Positions 1 to 12,700 of a DNA stretch of 64,000 nucleotides are shown piece by piece. The position numbers and the translations under genes were made by a program. Below the pieces are notes generated by a model. That model was not told where the DNA came from. It saw only the letters and a program-made list of their open reading frames with translations, and made no database searches. The stretch lies in contig NW_026250436.1 in the NCBI RefSeq assembly GCF_024521635.1, forward strand, positions 186,001-250,000, given 5' to 3'. This DNA is from Tricharina praecox (taxonomy: Eukaryota). The stretch's first letter is position 1. Every line of letters starts with the position of its first letter.

Positions 1-413
1 TCACTCACTCACTCACTCACTCACTCACTTGACCGGGAGTCCCGGGATGTGGCCTAATATACCGAGGGTTCGCACGAGACAGTGGGCACTGGGTAGAAGC
101 GAAAGCGAGTTCTTTTCTCTCTTCTCTTCTCTCCTCGTTTGAATTAAATTTGAATTACATACATACGGAGGCGGGTAGGGATATACCCAAGTATCAGCCA
201 CCGCGCACCGGCGGAGTAAGATGTCTCTACTCTGCTACTAGTACATACTGCCCACATCCGCGCGGAGAAACCACCCGGAGAAACCACCCGGAACCACAAA
301 GATCATGATAATTCGTGAACCCAAAAAATAAAAAAATAAAAAAATCGTAGTCTTTCACCCTTGTCGCACGCAATCGCACGCAATCCGTTTCACATTTATG
401 TCGAGTCGAAAAT

Positions 414-2971
414 CTAACTGACCCAGAACGACGCCGTCGACCTGATCCCGGTGGTACTGCTGTCCTGTCCGACCTTGACGATGAACTCGCCGTCCTCGAC
501 GACATACTTACTGCGCACGGTCCAGACGCCGAGCGTGCTGACATCGATGTCGACGCTGACCTTCTTCGTCTCGCCGGCCTTCAGGAAGACCTTCTTGAAG
601 CCCTTGAGCTCCATGTTGGGCGTGGTGACGGAGGCGATCTTATCGGTGACGTAGAACTGCACGACTTCGGCGCCGGGAAGCTTGCCCGTGTTCTTTATCA
701 CGACGTTGGCCTTGACGATCGAGGACGCGGTGACGTTGGTCGCCGACAGCGTCACGTTCTGCAGCGAGAAGGTGGTGTAGCTCTTGCCGTAGCCGAAGGG
801 GTACAGTGGTATCGGGCTGGAGAGAACGTACTGCTGGCCGAAGACGAGGGTGCCGTTCTCGTACGCGGCGCCGGGGGAGCTGTAGCGGCCGCCCTTCATG
901 AAGTCGTAGTAGCTGGGGGTCGTGCCGACGTCGTGCGGGATCGAGACCGTGAGCTTGCCGGACGGGTTCTGCGAGCCGAAGAGGACGTCGGCGAGAGCGT
1001 TGCCGCCTTCTTCCGACGGGTAGAACTGCTGCACCAGTGCGGCTGCCTTGTCCGAGATCCACGCCTCGGTCACGGGCTTGCCAGAGGAGTAGACCACGAT
1101 CGTGTTGGGGTTGGCTTCCAGCACGGCGCGGACGAGGGGCGCTTGTGCTCCTACGAGGTTGAGGCTGTGGACATCGATGTGCTCTATGTGCAAAGATACG
1201 TCAATGATGGGCAAGGGAGGAAGGAATCGAAATGGGATGGCATACCTCCAGTGGTGGCGTTAAAATTCCTCCAGAGCTCGAACTGGTCTCGGGACCACGT
1301 TCCGACGACGACAACTGCGACTTCGGCGGCCTTGGCTGCAGCAACGGCCTCCGCGAACCCAGATTGGTCATTGGACCAGCGCTCACAGCCCTTGGCGTAG
1401 GTGACCTTCGCGCCGGTACCCTTGAGCGCCGACTTGATTCCTGCAAGGGGTGTGACGCCGCGGTACATTGAGCCCTTGACGACGTAGTCTCCGTAGCTGC
1501 GCATCGAGTCAGACTTGACGATCGGTTCAATGGTTGCGAGATGACTTACTTCATGAATCCATCAGCCATCGGGCCGAGCACGGCAATGCTCTTGACCTTC
1601 TTCTTGTTGAGCGGGAGTACGCCATCGTTCTCCAGCAGGATGATACTCTCGGCATCGATCGTCCGCGCCAGCTTGATCGCCTCCGCTGAGTGGATAAGTT
1701 TCTTCCACTGATCCTTCGGTGCCGCCGAGAAAGGGTTCTCAAAGAGGCCCATGGCGAACTTGGTCCTCAGAATACGAGAGACAGAATCGTCGACGAGGCT
1801 CTGCTTGATCTTGCCGGCTTCGAGAAGCTTGGGAATAGTCCGGTAGTTGAACGATCCACCACCCATCTCGACGTGGTTGCCTGCCCCGAGAGCGAACTGG
1901 GTGATCGCCTCCATGTCGCCACGCTCGCAGAGACCGTGGTCGTTGCAGATCCTGTCGGTTCCTCCGGCCTGGAAAAGTCAGCATGCCCTCTAATGTCTAG
2001 TGAGAATCTGTGAAGAATACGAACATCAGTCATCACGTGGTACTTGAAACCCCACTCCTCCTGCAGAATCTCCGTGAGCAGATGGTAATCCGCGACCGCC
2101 GGTATTCCATCGTACGAGTGGTAAGCACTCATGACACTCCACGCATCCGAATCGATGATGGTCCTCTTAAACGCGGGCAGATACGTTCGTCGCATCTCCC
2201 TCTCGCCACCATGCACAGGCGCGGTGTTCAACCCACCCTCTGGCGTTCCGAATGCTGCAAAATGCTTTACCGTGGAAGCGACGCCATGATCCTGCAGACC
2301 CTTGACGAATGCGTACCCCAGCTCGCCTGACAGGTATGGGTCTTCGCTGAACATCTCCTCGACACGCCCGAAGCGAAGTTCTCGCGCCAGGTCGACGACG
2401 GGAGCGAACATGTGGTTCACACCGAGAGCGAGTGACTCTTTCGCCACCACCGCGGCGAGCTTGTAGACCAACTCGGTATCCCACGCGCAGGCGTATGCGA
2501 TGGGGGAGTTGAAGATGGTCGCATTCTCCAACAAGAATCCATGGATACCTTTTTTCACGCACCTGTCAGTCCCTTCACCGGTCGCAATCGCATCGGAACA
2601 GAGCACGTACCCTCCGTCTGCGTGAGCGCGGGAATTCCAAGTCGAGTCTCCTCGACGAGGTACCTCTGCCCGCGCTCCGTCTCCTTCTGCAGCCAATCCC
2701 AAGAGATCGGGTAGCCCACGTAGAACTGTCCGGCTTTTGTCTTCATGTTCTCGACCAGGCCGGTGCGGTTGAACTCTCCCGACGTGGTGTTGAGCCAGTT
2801 GGAGATGTCGCCCTGCATCATCTGCGCCATCTTCTCTTCCAGCGTCATGAGGGACAGGAGGTTGGAGATGCGCTCTTCGATCGGCAGTGTGGCATCCTTG
2901 TACGGGTAGGTGGTGTTCGCGGCCTTTGCCATAGAGGCGGCGCCCAAGAGGGCGAGGACGTGAAGCTTCAT
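414..2971 (-). CDS. Secreted glycoside hydrolase family 3 (beta-glucosidase/xylosidase-like), multi-exon
   Basis: Signal peptide MKLHVLALLGAASMAKA. GH3 motifs RLGIP, ELRFGRVEE, VKHF, MSAYH, VMTD (nucleophile region), IILLEND, NPSGKL and PLYPFGYGKSY, plus a C-terminal Fn3-like segment (GAEVVQFY...ELKGFKKV). Four short GT-AG introns join ORFs 2555-2992, 1767-3092, 1546-1914, 1184-1504 and 414-1214. Confidence 0.93.
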
Positions 2972-3069
2972 AGTGATGGATTTTCGAGTCACGTTTGTGG
3001 AGAAAACCGAGGCCCTGGTGCACGGGGAACACGGGGGATGGAGACCAATATTCTGGCAGCAATTGGGGC

Positions 3070-3075
3070 TTTATA
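3070..3075 (-). promoter_or_regulatory. Candidate TATA box of the GH3 gene
   Basis: TATAAA on the minus strand about 100 nt upstream of the ATG at 2971. Confidence 0.45.
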
Positions 3076-6000
3076 GTCCGGGACAATGCCAATATCGTAC
3101 ACGTTCATTACATGCCCGTACGAGGAATTGAGTTTTTTTTGTTATTTTTGATTGAGGTGGTGTAACTATCCCGAGTTCTCCGTTGGCAAACCCCGGGTGA
3201 ACACACGCCACCCCGGTAAATCATGTCGATCGACGGGACGACCACCAGCTTTCTCCGGTGGCGGGGATGGTATGCACGGTTAAAAAGCACATACCACCTT
3301 GCAAGGTGTGTTGGTGAGGAAAGTCGGCACCCTTTGCACCGATTGCCATAGTACAAACATTCGTCAAATCACCCGCTGTACATACAATTAATATGGCCCG
3401 TGTGCCAAGGGACAACGAACGTACCTGCATCCAGTTGATACGTCGATATCCGCCAGTTTATTGCAGAAACCAGGAAAACCCGTCGTGCATGCATCCGAGG
3501 GGCCGTTTATCCTCGGTTCGTGATGAGTCCATATCGCCGGGCCCGTGAAATTGGAAAATGGGGTTGGTGTTCTAAACGCTGGGAGGTACGGGTATGTACC
3601 ATGGTTCGATGAAACGACGAAACCGAGTTCGAAGGATGAGATCGACGGCGGGGAAAGACCGATGGGAGGTTTGCGGGGTGCCGGTCAGCTTAGGTGAGCG
3701 AGCTTGACGAGGCGAGCAATGGGTGAAAAGCACCACTGCATACCATCGTTTGGATAAACGTCAATTGCATGGGAATATCGGGCTCGCAGTTTCCGGGGCA
3801 TTGCGCCTGGCTCTCTCCGCCCCCGCCCCCGCTCGGTACGCCTTAACTAGCTGCGAATGCCAACCCCACAGCGGAGCATCCTCCACAGTTCAGTCCTTCC
3901 GCCTAAACGGTGGGCGCATGCAACTTGTGCACAAACGGGCCATCCCCACCTGTGCTGCACAGGCAACACCCCGCGGCCAATGATGATGATCCGTTCCGAC
4001 GTCTCGTGTTTCTGCTACTTCATCTCTCCCCCGCAAACGATGGACCCCTCACAGGCGCTGCATGCGTCTCCAAGAACCGGATTTCGGATTTCGCGCCGGT
4101 AAGCCTAGCTCCATATACATCAGGCAGCGGATAAAAGCCGTATCAATGATGTGAATGAACTTCCACTGCACGGCGGTATCCCGTCCACCGTCTTGGCCAT
4201 CATTACTGCCTTCTGAGGGCGATGATGAGTCGATGATGTCCTCGAAGAAGAAGAAGGCGCTGCTAAAGTCTGGTGCTTCTGGCCAGCACCGAGCGTGTGA
4301 AGCCGTAAACTAGACCAACGTCCCTTCGGCAATCGCTTCGCCCAATCTCACTCCAGCACACGACACGAGCGTCGATGAAAGCCCGGTATTCAGGCATAGG
4401 TATTCCTATTTGCGGACGTTCCGACCTACTTCGCTCAACTGCTGAAACTGTGGGGGAACTGGGTGGATTGACGACTTACCCATGCGAATCCGGGCTCGAC
4501 GATGGAAGCCGGGGGACAAGGGAGTGGTCGGTGATTGGAAGATGAACCCCGCAGGCAGACCATGCTCGTGCGTACGAGTATCAGCATGCAACGCTAGGCC
4601 CGATCTTGACGTAACGAGTGAGATGACGATTAATCTACCGGAGTTGAAATGAGGAAGGCAAGCGTGTTGATGCCGAATGAGATATCACTCTAGGATTGAA
4701 GGCTATAAAGGACTCGTAGATCCGTAGGGCTACATGGCATGAACGAATCGAATACAGCTCAAGAAGAGCTCCTCCAACTCAAGACAAGCTATTTGAGCTC
4801 TCTCTCCAGCATGTTTCCAAAGATACAGGTTTACATGTTTTCTGACGGATACAAGAAAACCAGGGAGAGGTATGTAGCCGAAAACACTGCCCAATCCGTC
4901 TCTATCGTAACCATCGACCTAAGTCTACGCGGACAACACGATGCCCGTGAACGACAGGCTGCGACTTTGTTGCCGGACACCATTGACAGCTCAGCAGCGT
5001 TATGGGAAATCGAACCCGACGGGACCTAACGCACAAATTGGCCCGGCTTCCTTTCCAGTAGATACATTGAGCACTCAATAGCCTTATGGAGTTGAATGAG
5101 AGTGCTTTGAAGGAGTAAGCAACACGGACGAAGCAGCGATACACGTACATACAAGGCCGTGGACATGAGCTGTCACTCAATCGACTGAAAGCTGCCGAAA
5201 AGATTATGCCAAAAGATGTTTCCGTCGGCCCGAGGCGGATGGGCAGGGGAAGTAAGGCACGGACTGGCCGGTACCGGGGATTTCACCTCGACTGGCCAGG
5301 GCGGGCAGGAAAAGGAGTTCGTTAGTTCGCCATAGTTTAGATAGGCTGCATGCGAAACAAAACAGGAAGGTCTCTCTCTCAGATGTTTTTCGTATAACGT
5401 TTCCTGGTGGGGAGATTATCCCTTAGTTTCCGCAACTCTGTGGCGTCAGAATGTTCATGCTCCACTGCTTATCACTGCTCTATGCACACGGATATGAACA
5501 TTTTGAGCATCGATTTACGACTCATCCACTCCACGGAAACCCACGGAGCTGGATTCGTCAGGGACAGTGCTGGATAGACACCGATTACGATGCAAGTATT
5601 TTGGATCCACCCAGACGATCTCGATAGCTTGGTATTGTGGGGCTGGACTTGCTATCTGTCCAGAGGTTTGAAAACAAGTTGAGTTGGAAAAAGCCAACAC
5701 CCCCCCCCCACCCCTAGCAGCACGAGCGATCGCTCGCCCGCCTACTTGTATCATGCACCTGTCGGTAAATATTTGGCTTGATCTACACTCGCTTTTGCTT
5801 ACCCACAAGCGTGATACAGTGCCTACATAATACCGTATAAGCCTTGGGATTTCCATGGTTACCATAAAAGTACATAAATGCACTGACAGATACTTCTCAA
5901 TTCTGTAGGGACTCGGCAGCTCTACTATATTCAGCTCAATCCGTATAGTTGCGGAGTTTCCTTTCCAGCATTTATTCTGTATCCCTACGGCACTTCCTCC

Positions 6001-6856
6001 ACTACACGAATGTCGTAAATGCTTGCTTGCCTACAGCACGTCTTACTCACAGTACGTATTCTCGAAACTACAGGATTTCTACTGTATGCATACCGAATTA
6101 AATGACCGGTGCATTCTGCTCAGCACGGCATTTCTTCCGTAGGACTCGTCGTCATAGTTTTACTACAGTCTAGGAACTACCTACTTGATCAGCATGACAT
6201 CGTTTTCTCTGCACCATCTACGCTATTGTGCGAATAAGGTATAGTAGTTCTCTGGTAGGTCTCTGGTATTCCGGACACCGCGTATCACTTTGCATTCGGA
6301 AGAACTACGGTAGTTCTTCCGGCTTTTTAGTAAGCGTATCTTCATAACACTGCGTATAATTTTTCGATACCGTAGGATTGAGACTAACTACAGGAGGAAA
6401 AAGGATTACAGAGTAAATATGTATTCTCATGAGACTGCTGGATTTAAATCCGTGCGGTAGTACTACTGGAGACCTTCGGCACCAATCGCCCCCCACTTTT
6501 GCTATTATTGGTAAGTGTAATCTTCCAGACTAACGAGTGAATGCCCATGAATCTATTACCGTTGAGCCTTTCGCCATGATCCCTCTTCCTTTGGCGAAAC
6601 CGAGTACGGGCTCCTGTGGTCGCCCCTGGTCACCCAAAAGCATGTCGTACCAGCACCAGCCGGCCATAGTAGCAGACTCTCCATGGCCGTCAATCACGTA
6701 AACAGTCAGTACTAGAGTGTACATAGTATCATACATAGCACCCAGTAAAATCCATTGACGTTCAACCAGCAGACTGCCCTAAGAACTAACCGCCCTTCAA
6801 TTTATTGCCATTATGATACCAGCCTTGCCGCGTCTCAATTACAAAGCTTTCCCGTA

Positions 6857-9014
6857 TCACACGCCCTCACTGATCGTCGCCTCCACCACGTCTCCCGTAG
6901 CCTCATACATCGGCGCCACGAAGGCCATCTGACTCCAGCTAGTGACCGTATTCCTGCCACCGTAGACAAACGCCTCAAACCTACCCAGAAACTCCTCGTC
7001 CTCCCCGCCAGCCCACACGCGGCTGCCGCCAATCTCGTCGGTCCGGATAACTACCGTGCCCCGAGACGGAAGCAGCACTGCTTCGTGCGATGAGCTGGTG
7101 TCGTTGCTCCAGATCCGGCCCGGGTGGCCCGCGTCGTAGCCGGCCGAGGACGAGGTCGAGCGGAGCGGGTAGTGTGTGCCGTCGGCGATGAAGTGGAGTT
7201 CGCCCGATGGGAGGAGGGTGAGGTTCGCGTCGGGTAGAGAGGAGAGAGTGAATGGTGCGGTGTACGAGATGGTGAGGGTGTAGTTCATCCCCTTGCTGCC
7301 GAGGCCTATCACCGCAGGAGTGGTGCCGTTCCAGCTCACAGGCAGAGCTGGGATACGGCGGTCGAGATTCTGCCCGGGGGCGGCGGTGGCGAGGCGGGCG
7401 ACGGATTCGGCGAGGGTGGATGTATCCAGCAGCGGGCCACGACTCCCGCTCCAGGCGCGTGCACCAACGACAGGCATCCCCTCCCTCCACGCGTAGTACG
7501 CCTCTAGCTGCGTGCTCGCATCCGGACCGTTGTCGTTCCAGCTCGCCATTGTCGCACCCCGCAGCCTCTTGCTCCCCTGCGGAATCTGCCATTCCTCGCT
7601 CGTATTGAACGGATTGACAAGGCGCGGCTCCCACTGCCACCCCTCGACGCCGGCAAAGTTCAGTGTGCGGTCGGTATCGAAATGCTGCGGGTACGGCCGC
7701 GGCAGGATCGGCGTGTGGTCGTTCTTGATGGAGACGTAGCCCCACCAGTCTTCACTGTTTATCACGTCGTATCCCTGCTGCTCGAGTAGCACCGGGTCCG
7801 ACTCGCCGTACTGCCAGTGCTGGATGACAATATCCTTACTGACACTCATCGTGGTCGAGGGCTCATTGGTCCCCCAGATCCTGACCCTCTTCCCGCTGAC
7901 CTCCTTGACCCAAGCCGCCATCTCATTAACAAACGCGATGTAGACATCCGCAAGCGTCGCATCATACTCATCCGCGCCGATATGGACCTCCTTGGTCATG
8001 AACCACGGCAAGAACTCGTTCCAGATCTTCTTGACGGTTGGAATCGTCTCTGGGTGCGTAAGATTCAGCAGATCCTTCTTTGCCAGCGCCAGCTGCGGCA
8101 TCCACTTCGTGATCGCTAAGGCGTGCCCGGGACTCTCGATCTCGGGAATGACCGTGATCCCGCGCTGCGCGCAGTGCCGCTGGAAGTCCGCAAACTTCAT
8201 GCGCGAGAGCGTCTCGTTCTTCCGAGCGATCAGTCCGAGCAGTGATTCATCCTCGGGAAGCAGCGAGAATTGGCTGTACACCTCGCTCCACGTCTCATTC
8301 CGCCCCCGGTTCAAAGGGTAGTTGTCGCTGGCGTGGTATTGGAACTCCGAGAACTTGAAGAAGCTGGCGTAGGTACATAGTTCTTTGAGGAGCTACCCAG
8401 CGTCAGATAGAGGAAAACCGAGAGGAGGAGGATGAACATACACCGAGTGAATACCACTTCCGTCCAGCGTCGAGCATAAACCCGCGAGTGCTCACGGCGG
8501 GAGCATCCCGTGTCTTCCCCGCCTTCACAGTCCCATCACCAACCACTAAGCTCTGCAGCAGCGTCCTCGTCCCCCACCAAGCCCCCCTCGCCCCGGCCCC
8601 CTTCACTTGCACCAACGCTCCACTTATCTCGAGCTCATACCCCTCTGTCGTCGCCTGGCCGGACTCATACTCCAGCCCGCCTCTCGCCTCCTCTGGCAGG
8701 ATGGTCAAGTACACGCCGGCACTCGGCGGCTCGTCGACAACCTGCACCGTGAATTCTCTCCCGAAGAGGTCTAAAAGATCGGCGGCGAAGGTATTTGCGA
8801 ACTCGAGGGTAGAGGGGGGGATGAGGGTGATGCCGTCGGTGTCGCGGACTGCGGCTGAGGAGGAGGAGACGTACACCGTCGGCGGCGCATTGGCGATCTT
8901 GAAGACATCTGTAGTAGTAGTGGTGGAAGTCCAGTTGACGGGCGGCAGGACTTGCAGCGCCGTCGCCGCCGTGGCAGTGGCAGCCGTAGTGAGCAGGATC
9001 CAGGAGAACAGCAT
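6857..9014 (-). CDS. Secreted glycoside hydrolase family 20 (beta-N-acetylhexosaminidase-like), 2 exons
   Basis: Signal peptide MLFSWILLTTAATATA. GH20b domain (EGYELEI, GARGAWWGTRTLLQ), RGFMLDAGRKWY, PEIESPGH and catalytic HIGADE. One intron at ~8394-8441 (GTATGT...CTGAC...TAG). Confidence 0.92.
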
Positions 9015-9069
9015 CGTCACGCACGTTGTGGCTGTAGTTACGATCACAGGGCGGGCAGCACTCCCAGAA

Positions 9070-9075
9070 TTTATA
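9070..9075 (-). promoter_or_regulatory. Candidate TATA box of the GH20 gene
   Basis: TATAAA on the minus strand about 56 nt upstream of the ATG at 9014. Confidence 0.45.
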
Positions 9076-9713
9076 TGCATTCTATGTAGGCGTGCCAGCA
9101 GGGCCAGCGAGTCACTGGTGACGTGCCGCCCTCCCGTTCCAATCACGACCCGGTCAGGCATGTCGGCACCGCGTCCAATTCCGGCGGCGATCTGCGGGGT
9201 GCCTGAGACCGACAGGGCTGGGGCTTGTCTTGTCTTGTCCCTGTCCACGCGCAATGCCTGGATGCTTCGTATGGAATACGGTAATCACATCAACTCAGAT
9301 AGTGCTTCTCCAACGGAAGCGAATCGTCACGCCGTAGACAACATAATCCGTCCATCAGGAACGCAGAACAAGATTCCTTTGCACCGAGAAAAGAACAGAG
9401 CTGAGAGAAGAGTAAGAGCAAAATCATAAACCATCATTGATATCTCCTGACAACAAACATGGAGCGCGGATGAAAGGTGAATAAGAACAAACCGATGTGA
9501 AACCGCGTGAGCATGAAGAATAGAAAGCCGCACCGCAACAAGAAACGAAGGGAAAACGCAAGAAAGAAACAGCCAATACAGAGAAACAGCGACGAAAGGG
9601 AAAAAACAGCCGCCCGCCCGCCCAAACCGCCCTACTATGACATTACGTACCCGTCTCTCGGTCAAGCCTCCACACATAACATACATTATTTACTCCCCGA
9701 GCGCGCCTCCCCG

Positions 9714-12700
9714 TTATGAAGAAGCTCCAGCCGCAGCCGCAGCAGCCTTTGCGGCGTTCTTCTCCTTCTTCTTCTTTCCAAAAACACCAGAGAAGAACCG
9801 TCCCATGCCTCCAAACCAACCAAAGAAAAACATCTGCCAGAAATTGTGCATGATGTTGCGATGCGCTCTAGCAGACACAATGTCGCTTCCTGAGCTTGCC
9901 GGACGCTCCTGGGTAGAGGTCGCTCCAAGATTCTTCCTCTGTCTAATGCCTTCTGGCGAATTTTCTAAAGAATATTGTAAGAAAGGACTTACGGACTGGT
10001 TCCACACCGGACTCGTGAAGATCTCACCTGCAGGGGTAGGTTGTACGATCTCTACTGTGCGTGTCGCCTGGCCAGAACCCTCTTCTACGGCAGGAGGTGA
10101 TACTAGAACCGTCGGTGTAACACCCCGTGTAGCCTCAGAATCCTCGAGAAGCTTGGGGATTTCGGTCTCGGGAACGATTTTACCGTGAACGGGTGAGGGA
10201 GATGCTTGCGGAGCGGGCTCCGTGATCAACTCCTCTCCAGCCGCTCGGTGGGCAGTAGATTCGTCGACTGCTTCCGTGACCGGTGATGCATCAGGCTTCT
10301 TGTGTTGGGCCGTCTCGTCGGCGAGGTGCTCAACCTTTGGCGGCTCGACGGATTTATCCTCGGTCCCATCCGACTTACGGGAAAGAACGACAGCGGCAGC
10401 ACCAGCAGCAATCGCAGCACCAGCGAACGCGCCGGGAACGACGAAGTCGCTCAAGTCGATTCCAGACTCTTCCTTGGCGGGCTCAGGGGTAGAGTTGTTC
10501 TCTGCCGGAGTAGCTAATCCCTGGTCAGTGCGCAATCCCACAATACCGGCTGGAATGGGCGGCGTACCAGGAGCCTCCTCGACAGCGAGGACTGGCTCCT
10601 CTACCCGGGTAACCTCCGAAGTCGGTTCGACATCTTTCCTAGATATTAGTTTCCACCCGGGCGAAGCAAGAACTGAATGAGGGTTATGAAATACGGACAC
10701 CTTACCCTTTACTTCCTCGGTAGTGGACTGGTCCAACTTCTGGGCAGCATCTGCCACCTCAGCCGCTGTTTCCGCAACTTCCTGAACGGGAGTCTCGGTC
10801 TTCGTCTCCTCAGGCAGCTCAATGGGCACGCTTGGCACAGTGTTTTCGTATGATTCCTGGTCAAGCTTGACGTGGTCCTGGACAGACCTAGTGGTGATGT
10901 CTTCCGGAATGGGCTCCCCGGGCTGCAGCCGAATGGGATTCTCGGCGTTCTCGAACGCAGGCAGGGGCGCAATCTGAACTTCCTGCTCCAGGTCCTCCAC
11001 AGGCACAGAAGGGACAGTAGGCTCGGTGCTCTCAAAGAACTCCTTGTCGAGCTTGACATGGTCATGAATATGGGCAGGCTCGACATCCGGAATCGGCTCA
11101 CCAGGCGCCAGATGAACTGGATTCTCCGCATTATCAGACGCAGGGAGGGGGGACACCTTGAACTCCTGCTCCTCAACTGGCGCGGCCGGTACGGTAGGTT
11201 CTTCGCTCTCGTAGGCCTCCTTGTCCAACTTCACATGATCGTCGATAGAAGCCACAGTGACATCCTCAGGAATGGGCTCACCGGGTGCCAGCTGGATAGG
11301 GTTCTCGGCGTTCTCGAATGCGGGCAGAGGGGATACCTTGACCTCCTGCTCCTCCTCGACGGGTGCAGCCGGGACATTGGGTTCCTCGCTCTCGTAGGCC
11401 TCCTTGTCCAACTTCACATGCTCGTCGATGTTGGTAGCAGCCACGTCAGGAATGGGTTCACCGGGTGCCAGCTGGATCGGGTTCTCGGCGTTCTCGAATG
11501 CGGGCAGAGGGGATACCTTGACCTCTTGCTCTTCCTCAACGGGTGCAGCCGGAATATTGGGTTCATCGCTCTCGAAAGACTCTTTGTCGAGCTTCACATG
11601 ATCGTCGATAGAGGCCGAAGTAACATCCTCAGGAATGGGCTCACCGGGTTCGAGCTGGATCGGGTTCTCGGCGTTCTCGAATGCGGGCAGAGGGGATACC
11701 TTGACCTCCTGCTCCTCCTCAACGGGCATGACAGGAACACTCGGCTCTTCGCTATCGTAGGATTCCTTGTCCAGTTGGACATGATCGCCGACGGCGGCGG
11801 TGGTGACCTTGGGGACGGGCCCACCGGGGGCAAGCTGAATGGGGTTCTCCGCGTTCTCAAAGGCAGGAAGAGGGTTGACCTTGACTCCCTGGTCCTCCTC
11901 AATAGGCGCCACCGGAACTGTAGATTCCTCACTCTCGTAGGATTCTTGGTCCAGCTTGACGTGGTCATTAATAGTAGCGGTAGTGACCTCCTCGGGGATC
12001 TTCTCGCCAGGGGCAAGATCAATGGGGTTCTCGGCGTTCTCAAAGGCAGGAAGAGGCGAAACCTTGACTTTCTGGTCGTCCTCAACCGGTGCAGCAGTGA
12101 CAGTGGGCTCCTCACTCTCAAAGGACTCCTTGTCGAGCCTGATGTGATCGTTGATCCTAGCTGTAGTGACCTCCTCAGGGATCGGTTCACCGGGGGCGAG
12201 CTGAATAGGGTTCTCGGCGTTCTCAAAGGCGGGAAGAGGGTTGACCTTGACCTCCTGGTCCTCCTCAACAGGCGCCAGCGGAACAGTAGGCTCATCGCTC
12301 TCATAAGACTCTTTTTCCAGCCTCACGTTGTCGTCGATGATCGCAGCCAGGGCACTCTCGGGAATCGGCTCACCGGGTGCCAGCTGGATCGGGTTCTCGG
12401 CGTTCTCGAATGCGGGCAGAGGGGATACCTTGACCTCCTGTTCCTCCTCAACGGGTGCGGCAGGAACATTGGGTTCATCGCTGTCGAAAGACTCCTTGTC
12501 GAGCTTCACATGATCGTCGATAGAAGCCGAAGTGACATCCTCGGGAATGGGCTCGCCAGGTTCGAGCTGGATCGGGTTCTCGGCGTTCTCGAATGCAGGC
12601 AGAGGGGATACCTTGACCTCTTGCTCTTCCTCAACGGGTGCAGCCGGAACATTGGGTTCATCGCTCTCGAAAGACTCCTTGTCGAGCTTCACATGATCGT

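Noticed and set aside
1..28. (TCAC)n at the window start as a telomere
   Set aside because: Ordinary tetranucleotide microsatellite, not TTAGGG.
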